64,000 nucleotides of DNA from Podarcis gaigeae (GCA_964106915.2 OZ066919.1), one strand, 5' to 3'. Shown: positions 34,170-47,383, counted from the first letter of the stretch. The notes: generated by a model from the sequence alone, not told the origin. Numbers and translations: made by a program.

Positions 34170-37100
34170 TACTTAGTTCACATACTTCTTTTCTTTTTGC
34201 CTTTGTCATTAGTAACACTTTCCAGAAAAATAAACAAATACTTTATGGATTCCTTTCATTAATGTGAGGGGTTGCAAGTATCACCAATATTATTATTGTT
34301 CAGCATCTAAAAATTATACTAATCTGCACAATGGGGGGTGGGACACCTGCTTTAAAAATGTTATGCTTCATATGTATATACAACCAATTGACAACTGAGT
34401 AAACCTACAAAGCCTAGTGTGTGTTGCAATGAATGCAAATACATTATATTAATGTGGAACGTCAATTGCACAAAGGGGAGGTGGAGATGGGTGGGGCCAG
34501 GTTAGCACTACAGAGCCACTACCATTCTTGTTGCATTATGGGTAAGATTCAGCAAGACATATGCACTCAATTTCCATTTATTTCAATGGTTCAAATTCCA
34601 TCGTTGAAATTTTCCCATGGTAGCTGAAGAAGCATTGCAAGTGCTTACATTTGGCCTGATAGATGTAAAAATATAAAGTATAATATATATGCTTAAAACA
34701 GGTAGCATACAGATTCACACTTCAGGAAGACAAGATTGACTATTGGCCAAATACTCATTTTACCAGAGTATAATATACATAATATTATACATATACAAAG
34801 TATAATACCTTTTTACCTTTAATATGTAAAATGAACCTAAGATGCCACTGATCAGTGACAAGCAACTCCTTAAAAGAAAGGCTAAGAAAAAACCCAAAAT
34901 ACGTCTTCCTTAAATTCACAAATCTTGATTTTATTCTGTTTAATAGCTATTTACATCATCGGAAGCTCACATTTATTGATTGACCAAGGCAAAATCCTCC
35001 TTCCCTCTCTCCTTGTACATTGATGCAAACTGCCGTTGCTCACCAAAGATGCTATCCTGCTACCATGCTTTCCATTTGCAGAATTTCCATTTATCTGTCT
35101 TGTTCAACATTATATGCATTGTTCAACAAGCTATCTACCATGATAACAGTTAATCTAAAACCAATCATCATGACATCATGACACACACAAATGTTTCCTA
35201 TTATTCCGGGACTATTAAAATGTCTATAAAAACTGAGTTTGTGACAGCTTTCTGAAAATTAATGGACTTTATTACCCCTATGAATCTATCCATTGAGAAA
35301 AAACTGTGTTATTTCCTTTTCTGCAATGACGTCGGTCACCTATGTCTACTCCAATGTAATAATTCTGTTCTTAGTTATTATTTTTACTTCTATGATAGAT
35401 GCTCAATTTGGGCTTAATTTTGGATTCCACTTCTTCTTTATGTTAGCAACCTTTCAGGCAGGCAGGCTGCCAGCAACAGCTATTTCTCTGCAATTTCTTA
35501 TCTGTGTTCCATCAGCACTCTAGAGAGATTGCCATCCAATTTTAGCAACTTACTGTTGCTCAGATGTTAGTTACACAACCACTTTATGAACTTTACATCC
35601 ATCAAATACTATCCTGCCATAAATCATAAGTTTGCAATGTACAATTAATTTGAAAAGGGTGTGTATCCCTTATCCAGCCTAAAAAAGAATTCTTTTGGGG
35701 TATTGTTATTTTCTGGACAACATCTAACAGAAGACCAATGCATGAAACCATTTTGTTTCTCAGGAACAGAAAGTCTGTGGGATTCATCTACAACTCCTAA
35801 AGGAGATTATGTTAGAAAGCAGATGACATATTTTCACTAAAGGTTTACTCAGAGTAGATCTACTGAAATTAATGGACCCAAGTTAGCTGTGTTCATTAAT
35901 TTCAACAAGTCTACGCTGCATAGGAATAGCATTGTGTCAAAATTGAAATATTGATTCGTTTAGAAAACATGCAATAATTTTATTGAATTTAATGTAAATT
36001 ATAGAAATAAATACTTTGGGTTACTGCTCAAAACAAATGTGTAACTAACACAGTTGATGGATTTAAGATACTGTGTTTTCTGTTTTTACTAGATAACATC
36101 CACCTAGCTGATCCCACTAAGCCGTCATTCTTACATACAAAGTAGACCTAACATAATAAACACAAATTCCAGTTGTTGCTGTATTGGTATCCTGAAATGC
36201 CTTTTTAAACATGCAGGGTGCTTCCAGGTGGGTATTTATTGTGGGATGGCATGCTCTTCATGTGTGCAATTATTTTATTTGATTTTATTTTTTGCGGCAT
36301 CCATGCAACACTGTTGACATCAAAATGTCAGCAAGGACTTTTCCTTGTTTAATCCAGATTTACTCTTCCCAGTGAACAATCCAATAAATTCTTTAAAAAC
36401 AAAAAATTGTGGAGTTTTTTTCTTTGTGACAGGAGTTTCAATTATATCTCAATGGCTGTTTAAAATATTAAGCTCTCATCTGGAAGCACTGACACCCTTC
36501 TTCTCCACAACACAGAGTTCTGTGTCTCTTTTCCCAGTGCTTTTCTTAAAACTGAAAAGCAGCCTTGGAAAGCTGTGGTTGGAAGCTGATGAATAATGAG
36601 GGAGGGACTGCTTTAACCCTTCCCTCCCTGCCATTTGTCCTTCAACCCCAAGTTCCTTTCCCACTCATATTGGAAAAGAAATAAGGAGTTAGTCACAAGG
36701 AGATGAGCAACTCAAAGGAATGATCTTTAGCATATCCCATAAGATCAGAAAACAGCTTGTCGGGAGGGGGCAATTTTTGGTAGACAAAGTAAAGGAGTGG
36801 AATGGGGAAATGAATACTTCACTTTCACACTCTGCAGCTCTCAAATAAAGCCACATTAGACTGTTTTTTATTTTAAAAAGACAAAATTCGGCCTCAGATG
36901 CATATGTGATCAAAAAGAAAGAAAGCATGAGCCATGTCTTTCAGAGTTCTCCTTGATACCCAAAACCAAAGCTGAGAACATCTGATGTTTGATTCAATCT
37001 GTGCTGCAACTAACTACTCCTGTTCTGATAGACTAAGGTTGCTGGTACAAGCTTTTCAGAGCAAACCAAGTATCCCAAGTTTATGAAAGGCAATTCATAT

Positions 37101-37599
37101 ATTACTATTTTCCAACTTGGAAATCAATCTATTCGCTGGAAAAATTGTGTAGCTAGCATGGGATTTTAACACCCAACAAATGTGCTGGGTCATGGTGAAT
37201 ATCTTCTCCTCAGCACGTACATCAAGAGCAAATAATTTTTTCACCCAGTCTCTCAAACGTGAAAAAGTCATACGCAAAGTGTCTTTCCAGAAGTTCGCTT
37301 CAACACCGATCAGTCCAAGCCAGCACAACAAGGATGACAGCAATAGTAGCCCAGAACATCCAAGGCGCCTTGATCTAAGTAACTGTTATTTATCTCTTGA
37401 ATAAAAATTGTCACATTTCTAAAAACTAGCTAAGCCACTGTCCCATAACACTTAACCAACCAACTGAAGTCTTAACTATAACAGAAGTTGCTTACAAAGG
37501 ATAGCCTTGGTGCAAAAGATATGAGTTACAAGAAGCACACTGTTTTATCAAACCCAATTGTGAATAAACAGGTGACCTATTTAATCCCAGGAGGATTGT

Positions 37600-38045
37600 T
37601 TGGGGTACAATTATTTGTTTATAAGCGTCTTTAAACTGCCTAATATTAACCGGAAAAACCCTCTAAGTGTTATACAAAATAGCATTAAACCAATAAAACA
37701 GTACAATAAAAACAGAGACAAAACATTAAAAACCCATGAAACCCTATTAAATAAAAACAGATGAAAACAGGAATTCAGAAATGACAGTCCAAATCTTGTG
37801 GGTCAGGGAACGTTTGGATAAAAAGGTATATCATCACAGGAAGTCTGAAGCTGCTAACAGATGATGCTTTGTATATGATGGACAGAAGGGCATTCTGCAG
37901 TGCAAGGCCAATGACAGAAAAAAGCCTGTTTTGGGGTTACCACCCTGTGATATTTGATAGGGTCAGAGCCCCAAGTAAACTTTCCTCAGATGATCCAAGT
38001 GATCTTACTGGTCTATGCAGCAACAGACAATCCTTCACGTAACCT
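37600..38045 (-). mobile_element. Old decayed L2 3' fragment
   Basis: A-rich tail followed by remnants resembling ..gggcattctgcagtgcaaggcc..gacagaaaaaagcctg. Boundaries approximate. Confidence 0.45.
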
Positions 38046-39909
38046 GAAATCTTTCATGTAACAGAACATCAAGGGGTTTATATCCACACTCAGTTGTGCA
38101 TAGCTTTGCTGAGTGACCATAGGCAAATCCTTTTGCCTTGCTATGCATAGAGGATACACAGAGGATAGCCTTTCCTGATAGAATCCTTTGCTATTTTGAT
38201 CATGGAATATATGGATATCAATGAAAGAAATGCCAAAGACAATTGCTTCTTGTCACACATTACTTCACTCTTTGCTTTTAATGGAGTCTTATCCTTTCCG
38301 AAATGAGCTGAAATTTACAGGGCCATGGGTCTGGCTCTCAAGTCTGAGATATGAAGGACAAATTATCTCACACACGGATAAGATGTTAAGACACAACTCC
38401 ACAGTGTTCTTCAGCCAAGTGTCCTGCCATGCAGACAAGAGTGGCATGTCTTGTTGGCTATCCCTAAGGACCACCAGGGACATAATGCACAACTACCTGG
38501 CATTCTGCTTCATTTTAGGATTCTTAATTGACATAGTTAGTTGCTTCTCACAATCTCCCTACAATGCATACAATCTGCTGGAGTAGTTTTAAGTATAAAT
38601 TCCTCAAGACGTGAGTCATGAAAATACAAAGTACATGTATAAATGTGGTTTTAGCCCGAATGATTCACTCCCAAAGATTTTCAAAAGAAGCAGCAGCAGC
38701 AGCTTGAAATCATGAAACTTCACTGTCTCACACAAAAAGAAGGTGTGTGTTAAAGTGCTCCCAAATTAGATTTTTAAAAACCTCATTCTTTGAATAACAA
38801 TGTCATGAACTGTGGAGACAGAAGGCAAGGCTTTGGGGTTTGCTCAATAATCTTAGAACACTAATTAAGAACAGTGATGTAAAAAGCACAAAGCCACACA
38901 CTTTGCTTAATTGATATATGTGTGTATGTGTGTTTTTCAAGATCATTTGCAGTTTAAGGTGTGCAGAAGTTGACACACGAGCTGTAAAATAAAAACCAGG
39001 GGGTGGTTAAATCCAACTAAGTTATACTTCTGGAGGTACCATTGAAATCAATAGACTTGGGTTATGTAAATCTATTGGTTTCAGCGCGTCTGCTCTGTGA
39101 ATGACTAACGTTGAATATTCTTTCACTGTCTGGAAAGTTACAGAGTACTTAGATCAGTGGTGCAAATAAGTAGTAACAACATTCTCTGTTTGACAGTCAC
39201 AGCAGATCTATGGACATGCCTTAATTTCAACCAGACAACTTTCCTGCTGGGGTGCATACCATTTCCAATTTGTAGATAAATAGACTTGAAATGCTGTCAA
39301 GACTCCAGATAATATCAAACCCTTGGATCTAAGTTAAATTGTGCATTACAAATCTCATTGGTTTTAGTGGGAATTGCTTGACTTCTATGATTCCATGACT
39401 CTAAATTGGAATGGTTTCCTCTCCTGCTGAAGTCCGTGGAATTTATCTGTCGTTAACTTTTGCAAAATTGTACCAGTCATTCACAATAGAATTACGGGAA
39501 TCTTGAGGATGAAGCTGGCTAGAAGATGTTCAGCTCCAACCTACTTCATCTCAAAGCAGAAGCATTTGCTCCTAGCACCACCTTACAATTCCAAATCAAC
39601 CTACACAATCCAAATCAAAGTCCTTCAGCTTATCTTGAAACCATTTCGGCACTAAGCTGCAAAACTACCGAGACTGGGATCCCCAAATCCCTAGTTATCC
39701 CTCAAGATGTTGCAAAACTTCCTTGGTATCACCACAACACAACCTGCCAAGAGAACCAAATGACACCAGCTGTATTGACTCCAATGGACAATGCCCAATA
39801 CCACACATTCTTAAGCTCAAAGAGGCATCGGATGGGGCAAGCGCTGTACAGCCAAATTTCTCACACTCAGCGGTCATCCCTTGTTAATCAAGCAGTGATA
39901 GGTATTTAC

Positions 39910-40126
39910 CTCGGTTGGAGTGGCCTGCTGCATTCGATGCTGATGAAAGGGAGGTCTTTTGCTTTTGCCGTTTCACCGTCATCATCACCTGCTCCTGGAC
40001 CCTTTGTTTTCCTGTCCCCCTAGTTTTCAGCTTGTGATCCGAGGGCAACGCTAGAGTAGAATTGGCCTGGTCCTGGAAGCACTCATAAGCCAGTGCTGTT
40101 TTCAGTGGAGAAGGAGAGTGAAGCAT
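39910..40126 (-). CDS. PKP1: PKP1 coding exon 1 (head domain N-terminus)
   Basis: ATG at 40126 in GCAACC-ATG context. MLHSPSPLKTALAYECFQDQANSTLALPSDHKLKTRGTGKQRVQEQVMMTVKRQKQKTSLSSASNAAGHSNR-G. Donor G|GTAAAT, phase 1. Confidence 0.96.
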
Positions 40127-40480
40127 GGTTGCAGATGGGGTGGCAGTGGGTGGGATGTCACCTGTCTCTCTTTTGCGACTTAAAAAACAAAACAAAAACA
40201 GCAGTACAAAAAAAAAGGTCTTGTTCAGGTGTAGAATGTCAGGGAGCCCTCCTTGCCATACGTCCGTCTGCTGACAGCTGCTCTTTCCCCACACTCTGCT
40301 CTCCTGTGTGTGAGTGAGCAGGCACGCCCTCTGCTAGACTGGATATACAGCCTGAAGACTATGTCTGCACACACCCACTTCTGTACTCTGCTTGCAGATC
40401 TAAGGCAACACAAGACACTCATCCAGGTGCAAGAGAGCTGGCGACCGCGTTGTTGCTGCTATTTAAGCGACTGTGCTTTG
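40127..40480 (-). promoter_or_regulatory. PKP1 5' leader / core promoter region
   Basis: Repeat-free and locally CpG-enriched stretch directly upstream of the ATG. TATA-like candidates on the minus strand are GTATATCC (40341-40348) and CTTAAATAG (40459-40467). TSS not determined. Confidence 0.55.
40239..40259 (-). other. Upstream ORF (MARRAP*) in putative PKP1 5' UTR
   Basis: ATG GCA AGG AGG GCT CCC TGA, 133 nt upstream of the main ATG, out of frame and non-overlapping, with G at +4. Confidence 0.55.
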
Positions 40481-40672
40481 AAAAGTTAACATAAATGTAG
40501 CAGAGGATTAGCAACCATGGCAGGTGGGCAGTGTGGGGTAAAACGTAACATCGAGGTTGCATCTTACATAATTTTATCTTCTTTCTATCGCTGACAAAAA
40601 TGATTGCTCTGAATAATTTTAATTTTGGCATGTTTCCCTCATTGCACCTGGTTAATACCTCCTACACTGAAT

Positions 40673-41091
40673 AGGGATGGGCAAATCTGTCAATTGCAGT
40701 TTTTTTTCCTTTTTCCACTCTTGTTCTCCACATTTCCGTATCAGTTAGTGAATATTTCAGTCCTTGTGAACATTCAGCAGCATTTTACTGCAAGTTTATC
40801 CTAAAATGCACGTCTTTGCATGAAATTCTGCCTAATACATATATTTCTGCAAAGCCATTTCCCTTAATATAATGTATTTTTGTGTGCTGTTTGCAAGAAT
40901 ATATGCATTTTTATGTTGACTTTATCCAAGTATATGCATTTTGTGTATACATCCATTGATTGGCTGGAAAAACTGCTGCAAAATTCGGAGAAGCGTACAT
41001 TTTGAATAATGGTTGCATTTTAGTTTGTGTATTGTTCTGCGTATTGCTTCATTAATCAATGCAAACTGAATTGAATTTCACCCCGTCCCTA
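40673..41091. mobile_element. Old non-autonomous DNA transposon immediately upstream of the PKP1 promoter
   Basis: TIR-like tagggatgggc / ccccgtcccta; reverse-complement homologue of 29893-30254. Confidence 0.6.
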
Positions 41092-42372
41092 TCTTTGAAT
41101 GAATCTTTATTTTCTTTCCCATGCTCCAAATTAGGTCACTAATTAGCAATCAGGTGTATCTTGCTAATCCACACAACAATTCCAGACATATTGATTGCAG
41201 AGAGAAATTGTGGCAGTAAAGAGGAACTGTGCCTGAATTCCACATGGGCTGGGCCATAAATGCTCTAAAACAGCTGCTGCAAAATGGTCTTTAAGGTTTC
41301 TGTGGGTGTCACTGAATCTTGCCCCCCCACCACTATGCTTTCACCTGCTTAGGCTTTTGCCACTCCTGTGGATTTGGGGTTCAAAAGATCACTAGGAGGT
41401 CTGGTATAGTAAGGAAAAATTATGCTGTGTCCTGCTGGGATGTGCACTGAGTGAGCAGGAGGCCTCAACCCTCCACCAGACTCCCAGCAGAAGGAGCAGG
41501 ATGTGGCGGCAACAGCAGATATCTTATTCTCACTGTGGGGCCAAAGTGGGGCTTCATTTGCTTCTACAGAACCATGTCCAGTAGCATTAGAGTAAGAAAA
41601 GTGATGAGGTAGCTTTTTAGGTGATATGCCAGTGAGGGGTGTGGAACCACATTGTATGAACTGAAAGTAATGTTGCATACACACTGCACATTTAAGAGTA
41701 CATCCAAAGTGTATCCCCCCCCCAAAGAATTCTGAGGTTTGCTGAGCTAAGGGTGGCTGGGAACTATAAATCTGTGATGGGGTAAACTGCAATGCCCAGT
41801 GTTGGTAGGGCATACAAGGCTCTGGTCATGGAAGTTAGAGGATAAGGGCTGGAAAGACCAGGCAGTTATCCATCAATGCATCATATTAATTACAGTCTGG
41901 TCCCTCTTTTAACTCAGACTGCTCTGTGGAACACAATGGATGTGCCTAGTGTCAGAGCGCTCCCTTTCCATAATTTTTATACAGATTCCAGCACCCCAAT
42001 GTTTATAAAACTATGGGTTGAAAAACTCAGCTATGTATACCTTGGCTCCAACAATGCTCTGTAATCTCTTTCCAAAAACACAAAACACTTTGTCTCTAGT
42101 GGCAAAGCTAATTTTGTTTCTGTTTTTTTCATCCCATTCCATCTATGAATAAAAATAAGCTCCCTACTGCTTAGGAATGAACATTGTTTGTTCACTAAAT
42201 AGATTCAGCAAAAATATGCTTGTGTATCTAGAGAAAAGGGTCATAAAACAAACTCAGATGAAGGATTATGTGCATATTGTTTTTTAAAATTATTACAGTA
42301 GAACTTTTCCTTGATTTCTTGTTTTTTGTAAATAGGTTTGAGGGTTTTCTCAAGTGATGTACCAATTCTATG

Positions 42373-42416
42373 AAACAAACAAACAAACAAACAAACAAAC
42401 AAACAAACAAACAAAC
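42373..42416. repeat. (AAAC)n microsatellite
   Basis: Seen directly in the sequence. Confidence 0.9.
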
Positions 42417-43454
42417 CATGAATTAGGCATTAATATGTTAGCATGAAAATGTAGTATCTCATTATATGTATTATGTTTTTAATATACATTGTATTAAATC
42501 TATAAATAATCTTTTAGAAAGCAAAAAAGGTGGATTTGAAGGCTCAGTTCCTCACCTTTGCTTGTTTTTGATCTCTATACCTGCCCAAATTGCTCTCAGA
42601 GTTGCCTGTAAGTGAGTGAATACAATAAAATACTTTTGCTGAAGGTAAGTGATGAGGAATGGTATATTTCAGTGACCTTGTTTGCATGTCATGGTAAGCC
42701 ATAAATCATAGCATGCTGAGCTCAAGCAAATGACTTCTACTTCACTCTGCCCCATTTCTCCCAAGTCGCACTTGGAAAATACAAGTCATGATCCCTGTCG
42801 AAGCATTATGTCCAAACCAGGTCAGATTGTGGTCAGACACCATAGTCATGATTCTTATTTCAGGCATAATGTTCAGACAAAAAATCATGGCTTGTTTCTC
42901 CACAGCATGAGCAGGAAGGAACAAAACACCCCAACATTTTCATGGTAATCCATTAACTACAGTTTATGGTGACGTGTGAACTGAGCCAATAAATTCACAC
43001 TGAAAGAGAAATGTTCTTCCATTAACTACTATGTTGAGCTAGAACCTAAGTTCCTGCCAAGTTTACCTTGTTCATCTTAATTTACTGTGGAAATTTGCTC
43101 TTGATCTGGCAACACTATTCTAGGGCTGCCATGTGTCCTCTTTTTCCAGGACACGACCTCTTTTTCACAGATAAAATGTCTGTCCGGGTGGATTTTTTAA
43201 ATCTGCCAGAATGTCTCTGGTTATACTTTCTGGATGAGACTTAGACATAACTGGTGGTTGAAGACTTGCTTTCCTCTTCTCCGTTCCTGTTCCCCTCAGC
43301 AATATATCACAGCTTCTATAGCCTACATATAGTAGGGGTATTTAAAATGAGAGTCATCATAGTGTCCTCCTTTTTGCTCTTCAAAATATAGCAACCCTTA
43401 TTATGCAAATCGAACTTGGGCTTTCTTGCTTTCCATTGTAGCATTTGTTGTTGG

Positions 43455-43640
43455 CACCCTTTGGAGGTGAAGCCAAACTGTTGGAAGTTGCAGCACCTGC
43501 TGTGGCTGTAGAGACTGATAGAGGAAAGACATGTTTTGTGGCAGCTGCCGCAGGTGAAGGTGTCCGGTTGTGCTGCTGCAGATGCACCATGGCATTCCTT
43601 CTCCCAGAGGTCATTCCTCCCCTGGTCACTGCTATGGATA
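43455..43640 (-). mobile_element. RTE-clade LINE 3' fragment
   Basis: FTCGSCHKTCLSSISLYSHSRCC resembles the C-terminal CxxC..SRIGL.SH zinc finger of RTE elements. Confidence 0.65.
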
Positions 43641-46558
43641 CATGACCTGGCTATTGAACACATGCCTTAGAATACCTGCTCCAATCATCTGGACCTATTA
43701 TAATACAGCCAACATATCTCCTTGCTTTGATCTTGGAGAACTAGGCAATGATGATGGTTGGTGGTTATGCTTTGCTTGTTTTCTCATGTCAACAGTAATA
43801 GTCAGTGCCAAACAATTAAGTAGCTATTATAATGACAAGTATGTGTCACCTTCTTTTTATAACCCATGCATGTTATCCTTACACACATATCAACTCCACT
43901 TCAGCACAGAACACCCTGAACCTGGAACAGAAAAGCAGAACGACTCATTTCAACCAGTTATTTGCTGAAGTGTAACAAAACATGAGATATAGGAAGCTTT
44001 CTTTTAGTTAATGACCACAATAAAACTATTGCAAACAAGTAATGAGGAAAGGTTTCAGAAGATGAGCAGACAGATCACAGATGAAATTATTTTGCTTCAT
44101 TTGCATCCATGAAGAGGTTACAATTTGGGGAAAAGACCCTCAAGATAGTGACTAATGTATATATGGGCAAAAGTCACCACTTTCAGATGATAAGAAAAAC
44201 CTGCAAGAGCAAAACAGCAAATAAAACTAAGGTCAAGAACCACCTCAAGAGGAGGGTTGCCAATTTTTAATTCAAGATGGTTTTATGTATGTGTTTTCAA
44301 ACTTCACCAGCTGCATGGCAGGGACAGCCTCAGCAGATGCAACTTTTTCTGTTCAGGGGACTTCCGGTGATGGACCTCTTCATGTCGCCTGCCAATAAAA
44401 TTGCACATAATCAATTCCTCTTGGCAACTGTTAGACTTGTTCATTCTCAAGGTCTACGGTAAGCCTCTGATCATGATTAGTGTTAAATGCTTCACAGTGA
44501 ATCCGTCCCTCAGGCAGCAGGAGTTTGTGGAGGTGGGTTGGTTGCCTGAGTCTAAAAAGGTGTTAATTAAGAGACTAGATGGAGCTTTAAAAGGAGAGTT
44601 GCTGCAGCTTTTCGAAGGAAACTTGGATGGTGAAAGTCAACACCAGGAGGAATTTGAAGAAGCCACAGCTCAGGTGCTCAGTCTCGCACATGCAGCATGT
44701 TGTGCACTCGGTACAACAGGATAATGCTGTGAGTCATCCTGCACGCCCTGAAAACTAGGGACACACCCTGAGCACCAGGCTTGTTCAAAGCATTTTTGTT
44801 CTGCGTTTCTGGGGCTCTGCCAAGCCATTGATTGCAATCAAAGGTCTTACTGGTCCTATTTTCCTGCCAAAATGCTTGAGATCTTAAGCTGGAACTTGTC
44901 AAAACCTCTCAGAGTGGTGGAAACTATAAATCTTTGTCTTCCGGGAAAACCATCGTTTATGTTAGGGCAACATTTTAAGGAAGGCTGCTGTACTGCAGTC
45001 ACATCCTAATCTACCACAATCTTACCTAATTGAGGGGAATGGATTGGCTATTCAGTGGGAGACATGTTGGGCAAAGGTGTGTTCCACTAGGTGGAGACAC
45101 ATCTCAAAATAAACACAGGTACCATATATTGCTAATTAAGAAGTTAAATGTAGTAATAAATCAGAGAATTACAAAATGGGAGTTTAAATCAAATGGGTCT
45201 CTAAAGTAGAAAGCAAGTAGGAAGCCAGCCAGTCTCCAAATCCTCTTTTTCTCCTTTGAAAAGGATCCAAGCCAGGGTAACTGAATACCATCTCAGTTCT
45301 TTTACAAAGGGAAATAGGAGGAGGAAAATGGAGAAGAGATGGGTTAGAGAAAGAAGTTAATGGATGTTCTCCTCAAAGAAAGAGAGCAATATGCTTAGGA
45401 ATGCACTATAGTTTGGTAAATAGTGGCCTTACACGAACGATTCGACTGCTTTTGCATAAATGGTGAGGGCACATCAAGCAAGAATTTTAACAGATATAGG
45501 CTCCTGGAATGGCAATGTGGTTAACGATGAGCAAGCAAGTACTCCATTTTCCCCAGAGGGACTTGTGCTTGATGCAAGCACACCCACACAAGGCACAATT
45601 GTCGCCTGATTAAAGGAAAAATATAATGTAATAATAGAAAGATTAAGTCTGAATACAAATTTGATGATATAGATAACAGGGATAGCTGGCTAGTTATATG
45701 CCTTGGTAGGCAGGATGATTAAGGAAGCCAAGGGCAGGGACTCTTTTTTTCTTTTTCTGCTGAAGGCCATATTCTGTCAGGGACTGCATGCCAGTGGTGG
45801 GTGGGGCTGTAGCCAAAAGTAGGTGGGACACCATTTTTATGTTTCTGCCATCTTCTTTCCTTTATGGCTATCTCTCCCTCACTCTCTTTCTGTCCTCTTC
45901 TCCCTCTCTCTGCCACCTCATTACTCCCCTCTCCCCACCTTTGGACAGGTCTACCTGTCCCTAGTACCCTGCTATGGTAGACACCAGAAGGAGCAAGGTT
46001 TTGTTTCCTCTTCCATGCCTGCTGCCATCTAAGTGGTGGGAGCAGCCACCACATACATGGGTGAGGGGGGACATGGAGGATTGTGGGTAGGTGGGAGGAA
46101 AGTGGGTTGCTGCTTTCCCCCATGAAAGCATGGGACGTCTTGCTCTCGCAATCTTGCCCCAAGAGTGTTTTTTTCAGGGCTAGGATCTTGTATGGGTCAC
46201 ATGACCCATGTGGGAGTGCAGCCCCAGAAGATGGTCTCCTGGTTTTCTCCCATGTTGCGTTGAAGGGTATGTCTAAAGGATCCCCAAAACTATCCAATGA
46301 GGAATGATTATGCTGAGCCAGCATGGAATACAGGCTGGCTGCTGGAGGGAAGAAGGAGCTAAAAACAGGAGAGAGGAATGGAATGGAGTGGAGTGGAATA
46401 TCATGGAAGTGGGCATGACTGACTAACTGGTACCCTCAATGGGAACACTCCACACAGTGACTCTAGTGTGTGTGACAGAACCTTTTCATGGACCAGAGCT
46501 CCCTTTGTCACATGCACAAAGCGTCTCATCCTTTGGCAGATCACGCCACATACAGAGA

Positions 46559-46735
46559 GAAGGGAGAATGTTGTTACAAAGTGAGGCCAGAGGCCTAGGA
46601 ATGCAAGAGGTGGGTGTGTCACATTACTATGCAGGGCAATGTGCTCCTATGTGCTCTGCATAGTAATGTGACACTCCTATCTCTTGCAATGTTAGGCCTT
46701 CTAGCCTCATTTTGTAATAACATCCCTCTCCCTTC
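46559..46735. repeat. Long imperfect palindrome (fold-back)
   Basis: Inner 23-bp stem gtgtcacattactatgcagggca / tgctctgcatagtaatgtgacac; pairing extends to gaagggaga / tctcccttc. Confidence 0.85.
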
Positions 46736-46904
46736 GCTAATTATCGGTATCAGTGTTTGCGTGGGTGCTACTGACAACTGACAACAACACTTTATGCAAA
46801 TCAGTTCTGGCCTACAGAAGGTTATGCTGCCATAAATTGGTTCAGGAGCTAGTGAGATCTCAGGAAAGCCTTGATTTTTCCCTGTGTTATTATGGGATGT
46901 GTTA

Positions 46905-47273
46905 AAGTAAAGGTAAAGGTACCCCTGCCCATACAGGCCAGTCGTGTCCGACTCTAGGGTTGCGTGCTCATCTCGCTCAAGAGGCTGTGAGCCGACGCCG
47001 TCCGAAGACACTTCCGGGTCACGTGGCCAGCATGATGAAGCTGCAGCTGGCGAGCCAGCACCAGCGCAGCACACAGAAATGCCGTTTACCTTCCCGCTAT
47101 AAAGCGGTACCTATTTATCTACTTGCACTTTAAGGGTGCTTTCGAACTGCTAGGTGGGCAGGAGCTAGGACCGAACAACGGGAGCTCACCCCGCCGTGGG
47201 GATTTGAACCGCCAACCATGCGATCAGCAAGTCCTAGGCACTGAGGTTTTACCCACAGCGCCACCCACGTCCC
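46905..47273 (-). mobile_element. Sauria SINE
   Basis: Same architecture as 16711-17075; short TSD tgtgtta. Confidence 0.9.
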
Positions 47274-47380
47274 TGTGTTATTGTGTTATTGTTTTATTGT
47301 GGGATGTGTTATTGTGAGTCAATTTGGACAAGCAGATCTGGCAAAGGAGAGGAGGAGGCTGCTTCATATATGGAGATTTG

Positions 47381-47383
<3 letters not shown>

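Larger units (their letters stand above)
968..40126 (-). other. PKP1: PKP1 (plakophilin-1) gene body, start codon to 11th visible coding exon; 3' exons lie outside the window
   Basis: Eleven exons join in frame (217+101+419+145+208+178+115+156+177+154+187 = 2057 nt) with GT-AG boundaries. The head domain (LKTALAYECFQDQ..STLALPSD, RVQEQV, SRSEPDLY) and armadillo repeats match plakophilin-1. Confidence 0.97.

Noticed and set aside
37095-37380. Minus-strand frame resembling a signal peptide plus amphipathic helix (LLLLSSLLCWLGLIGVEA-NFWKDTLRMTFSRLRDWVKKLF)
   Set aside because: No in-frame ATG before the hydrophobic stretch, an in-frame stop just upstream, and a poor acceptor; probably chance.
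39526-40023. 165-aa plus-strand ORF antisense to PKP1 exon 1
   Set aside because: No recognisable homology; partly a shadow of the coding exon.
40127-40294. In-frame 56-codon N-terminal extension of PKP1 from a GTG
   Set aside because: Passes through T-rich low-complexity UTR sequence; the ATG at 40126 has good context and matches the known N-terminus.
38425-40640. p63/p53 response elements (half-sites such as GGACATGCCT at ~39212)
   Set aside because: Only isolated half-sites without a correctly spaced partner; not distinguishable from chance.
44277-44902. Possible exon(s) or ORFs in a unique upstream block (G|GTAAGC at ~44458)
   Set aside because: No protein similarity and no partner exons identified; could be regulatory or lncRNA but unsupported.
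45719-46324. 201-aa minus-strand ORF
   Set aside because: Non-ATG start, low-complexity purine tract and degenerate repeat sequence; no domain.
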